The notes below the pieces were generated by a model. That model ran no database searches and had not been told where the DNA came from. It saw only the letters and a program-made list of their open reading frames with translations. From positions 39,866,001 through 39,930,000 of the forward strand of contig OX638159.1 of assembly GCA_951804945.1 (NCBI GenBank): DNA of 64,000 nt, read 5' to 3'. The DNA is from Podarcis cretensis (taxonomy: Eukaryota). The first letter of the stretch is position 1; each line of letters opens with the position of its first letter. The position numbers and the translations under genes are program-made. This document shows positions 59,708 through 64,000 of the stretch, one piece after another.

Positions 59708-61406
59708 TCTCTCTCTTTTTTTAATAATATTTATTAAAAATTTTCCAGAATAAAAAGGAAAGATAGCAAGAAAGAAAGAAAAAACAGATATGATTTACAC
59801 TTGGTTTCAGTGGCATCTTTCCCGGACTCCCCCCCCCCCTCTTGTATTCCATTTCCCTTAAATTGATTCCACAGATTCTTACCCCAAATTTTAAAACCTT
59901 ATTTGTAATTTTAAATAACCCATTTATTCCAAATTAATTTATCTTATTTATCTTAATGAACCATTTCTCCTTATATTTTATATAATTCCCTAAGATCGAC
60001 CCCATTTCCCTTCCACGAATTCCCCTATTTTCAAACAACAGACATGAAAAAAGAAAAGAAAGAAATAATATATAATTTTACAGCCTTTGGATTCCAAATC
60101 TCCCCCCCCCCATTCCCCGGTTCCAATCCCCAAAGTTCATCCATTGTCTACTGCCAGCCTGGTGTATCCACGTCTATATCTCAACACCACTTTGCTTTTA
60201 ATTTCAGAAAGTCCAATCTCGAAAAAACTCTCAGAAAAAGTCATTGTTCTTCCATCCAGACCTCTATGTTTAAGAGTCTAACTTAAATTCTATTTCTTGG
60301 TCCTTTTAAAGTCTGGATGTTCCAAATACTCCAGCTTCAAATTTGGTCCAGCTCTTATTCCTCAGGTTGCTTTTTCCTGTTCTGCTGCAAAAACCTTCTA
60401 ATTCAGAAACTTCTTGTTCTCCACAGAAGTCCCTTCCTTTCTTCAATAGATAAATCCATTGTCTCCTTTAGTATAGAAACCTCTGTAGACAAAATAATGC
60501 TTCGTTTTTGCAGCTTTCCCAAGAGATAACAGATCCTGCTCAAATTCATAGTATTTTTCCACTTGCTGCTACTGTTGCAATGTCCCAGCCTCCCTCTAGA
60601 GGGAATATGGTAACTTAATTTCTTTCAAAATCAGACCCAAAAGTCAAATAACTTGTTGCCTTTATTTTATTTCCAATAATTTATGTCCAAATTGTAACAA
60701 ATCTAACCAGCAAAGCCATCGTAACAAAGTTCTCTTTTATTTTCCTGCTTTGACAGCTACTTTGACAGCTGTCAAAGTTTCTGTGTCTCTTCACCAGTCT
60801 CTCATAGCGGATCGTTCCCGGTTCCCGGGGGGGGGGTTGCACTTTAGTTCCCACAAATCAGTCTTCTCCTCCAGCACAATTATTGTAATTTCCCTTCGTG
60901 AAGTTAAAATTTTTTTTCAGGTAAACAAGTTCATCTCTCGATCTTAGTTGTCAAATCCTTGCGTTGAGCTATCTACAACGGGGGGGGGGTGGACTTCCTT
61001 TTTGCACTCCCCCCGCTCGCTCCAAATTCAAAGATCAAATTTCCCTTTTAAGTCCAATCAATTTACTCACGGGTTGTTCCTTTTAGTCCAAATCCGAAAT
61101 TTTCAAAGAAGAAGTCGTTGCTCTCCGCCGAATGGCATGCGGCTTCGCTGGGCAGGGGAAGCATTGGACTCACAGCACCACACCCCCCCCGTCACCCGCT
61201 CCGCAGCCTTTAGAAAGGCTCCTTCGCGGGTCGGGGGGGGCGCAAATGGTGCCCGCCGAGTCACCAAGTCCATGGGCATCTCCGCCCATGGTTTTTGAGG
61301 GTCCCCGCGTCGCCGGCACGGCAGGACCCGACCCCTATCCAGCCGACTCCCTCCGGAGCTCGGAGGGAGTCCGCCATTCGGCGATGGCGCCGACCCAGAA
61401 GTCCCC
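59708..61406 (-). mobile_element. TSD-bounded 1.7-kb non-autonomous L1-type retroelement
   Basis: 18-bp TSD CAGACACACTGAATTCTC (59690-59707, 61407-61424). Minus strand begins GGGGACTTCTGG with a CpG-rich 5' UTR and ends with a poly-G tract, AATAAA (59730-59735) and an A7(GA)n tail. No EN/RT motifs seen. Confidence 0.8.
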
Positions 61407-63239
61407 CAGACACACTGAATTCTCACCCCTAGACAAATGGGATGGGCTTTTGCCATGTCTTCCAGTGGGGTCACATGCTATTCTGGGGCTGGTGTGGGGA
61501 GGAGAGCAAAGCCTGGGGCAACCAAAGTGTATGGATTAGAGCCTACAGAGTCATAAATTTAAGACAACTCTGCACCACAGGAGCACACGAGTCTTTCGGC
61601 ACAACCAAAACATGACAGAGATATAGATGTGCTATACCTGCATGTGTAATATGTTAAATGTTCACTGTATTGTAGTTAAAATAAAGTTGGCAATAGGGCC
61701 GTGCATTGGGGTTGGCCTCAGCAAGCAGAGGCAGGAAACCTCTCCATGACCCAACCCTCCCCACATTCATAATTTCCGTCTATATCACCTCTACCAGCTG
61801 CACACTGACAGAACGTCTTACTCAACAGGTCTCATCGCTGACTAGTTTAGATTCATTTGGCAGGCTAAGGAAGATGAGTTACTTACAACCTGGAGCAAGG
61901 CCAAGCTTTTGCTCTTTGTCAAGTACTTAATATTTATTTTTTACTTATCGTCAAGTGCTTTACAAATATTAACTAAGACTCATAGCAACCCTTGGAGGCA
62001 GACATTCTTCCTACTGAAATTGGGAAACTGCTGCAAAGAAAAAATTAAATTACTTCTACAAATACTGACTATGAGACCGTAGATTTAAAGGTGTCATCTG
62101 TGTCCTGGAAATTTTATGGATCTTTGCCACAATATTAAGCTCAGGGAACAGCTATTTTGAAAATGCATCTGTCCAGTTTATGAAGCAGGAACTTCTGCCT
62201 CTAGATGTGGATTGCTTGCTGGCAGGGAGGATATATTGTTCTAGAGACTTGCATCTGCTTATTGAGAAAAGACAGAGCCCTCAATATGAGAAACATAAAT
62301 TATCAGGATGAAAAATAAACTATTAACTGACCAACTTTTCCCACACTCCTTTTGAGAGAAATTTTATCTGATTTTGCACCAAACATTTCTTCCTTAAAAT
62401 ATAAACGAGAAACATATAATTTAAGCCCAAACTGAAAGGATCCCAAACGTTATTCTCTGCATTCAGGGCTGAGTTGCCATGGAAAGTCATTTCACCTTTC
62501 TGCATCTAAGTTTTCCCATTCATAAATAAGATGTTTTCTGTCTGGATTGGTTAATAGTAGGGCTCTCAATATGTAAAAACACTTTTAGTATTAATAGCTT
62601 AGGGTGGATCAGTCACTAGACACTGTAGCTTACATGCTGTATTTTGCACTGAAGTCACTTCCACTTAGGATAAAAAGATTCCTTGTTAGGATCCTGAGCT
62701 CACACACACACATTCAAAAGGAAGCTTCACCAGCTTAGTAGGAAATAACATATTAATAGCTCATGACAAATTGGACGTGCATTTGTGAGAGTCTTAACCA
62801 GTCTCATGAACATCAAGTTCTGGAGTGAAGTTGTTGAAAAGCATGGTTTTCAGCACTTACAACATGTAGAAAGTAATGAAATGCTACACTACAGGCATAG
62901 AAGCTCATCCGCTGTCACCTTAGTGAATGCTGGAGATCGTAGCTTATTATTGTGTTTTTTTTCTGCAGCTCTTTCATGTCCTAGAAATGCAACACCATTA
63001 CTGTGGTGCTTTTATTAATGTAGCATCTGCAAAATAAAATATTGTGTTTTCAGAAAACATAAAATAGTAAAGTAAGGGTATGCCAGTATCTTCCAATTAA
63101 CAGAGGTGAAGTGCTGTAAATAGTCTATATATGTGCCTAGCAATCTCTTATGCCATATACCTCGCAGTCCAAACCTGAGATCATCATACATTTAATTCAG
63201 TTTAGGCAATAAACTTTCTCATTTACATTTTTTAGTCAC

Positions 63240-63365
63240 AATGAACATAGGAAGTTGCCTTAGGCCAGCTCCAACGAATTCTCCGTCTAGTTCAGTTTTG
63301 TGGAGATGCCTGGGACTTCCTGCATGCAAAGTGTGCACTCTGCCACGAAACTATGGCTCCTTCTG
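63240..63365 (-). mobile_element. Degenerate tRNA-derived SINE
   Basis: aacataggaagttgcctta ... gggacttcctgcatgcaaag...ctatggctcc. Confidence 0.6.
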
Positions 63366-64000
63366 CCCAACTGCTCTACATATTTACTTCACTATTTATC
63401 ACAAAGTTTGGTTAGTCATTTTCAGATGTACTCTGGGCATATGGAAGCTTAATACACGTGGAAAGTTATAGGAATATGGGATCTCCAGATTCCTGCCAAC
63501 AATACACTGAGAAAACTATTGAATGAGGTTTTCTGATAACACTGTGTTTTTCCTCTAATGATACCTTTCCCCCCATTTTTAGGGCTACTTTACACTTGCA
63601 GTGCAGCTAGTTTCTTCCTATACAAGATTTCTCCAGTGAACTGGGCTGTACACAGACAGGCATTTCCGTAAGTGGCTCAACAGACGTTTCCCCCATGCAA
63701 TCCCACACACGGAAGGGATTAAATGAAGACACTGGTGCAGTTAGGTAATTTTAGACTCTTGACTTAATGGTCTTAAAAGGCCCACCCCTACCCATTTAGA
63801 TTGTAATGTGCATTACTTCACATTCTTCTGCATTTGGTAAGCTAGCCTTGCTGTGATCAGAGACCTTTCCTGCTAATTCTGCTGAATTAGTCCTACCCTG
63901 GCAGCAACACTGCATAGAGGAAAAAGTAGCCAGTTCTTAGAACTAGAACTGATATCTATGGCTGCCAGCAGAGAGGCCTACTTTAGAGACAAGAGAAAAC

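Noticed and set aside
1-64000. CRISPR arrays, operons, rRNA or other prokaryote-type systems
   Set aside because: The sequence is eukaryotic intron/intergenic DNA; the repeats are dispersed TEs or microsatellites, with no repeat-spacer periodicity.

Overview
Vertebrate genomic DNA from a squamate, most likely a lacertid lizard (inferred from the Sauria SINE, BovB/RTE, L2/CR1 and Tigger/hAT MITE content). The only host gene is the 3' part of CWC27 (spliceosome-associated cyclophilin) on the minus strand. It has four coding exons (53755-53858, 42500-42609, 41139-41242, 17682-17844), all with canonical AG/GT sites, phases that join into one frame, and an AATAAA at 17469-17474. Bases 1-17450 are intergenic and the rest is CWC27 intron. 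Both are dense with transposable elements, often nested and often with readable target-site duplications (TSDs): solo LTRs, a 5'-truncated BovB, a Sauria SINE, tRNA-derived SINEs, L2/CR1/L1/Penelope fragments, and Tc1-mariner (Tigger/Tc2-like) and hAT MITEs. Nearly all other ORFs in the track are TE-derived or chance. I found no convincing new gene or system. The best leads are a TSD-bounded 1.7-kb non-autonomous L1-type element lying sense to CWC27, solo LTRs with long acidic/basic stop-free frames, a candidate poison exon in a TE-free CpG-retaining intron block, and long MITE-derived hairpins, one of them 38 nt from a splice donor.
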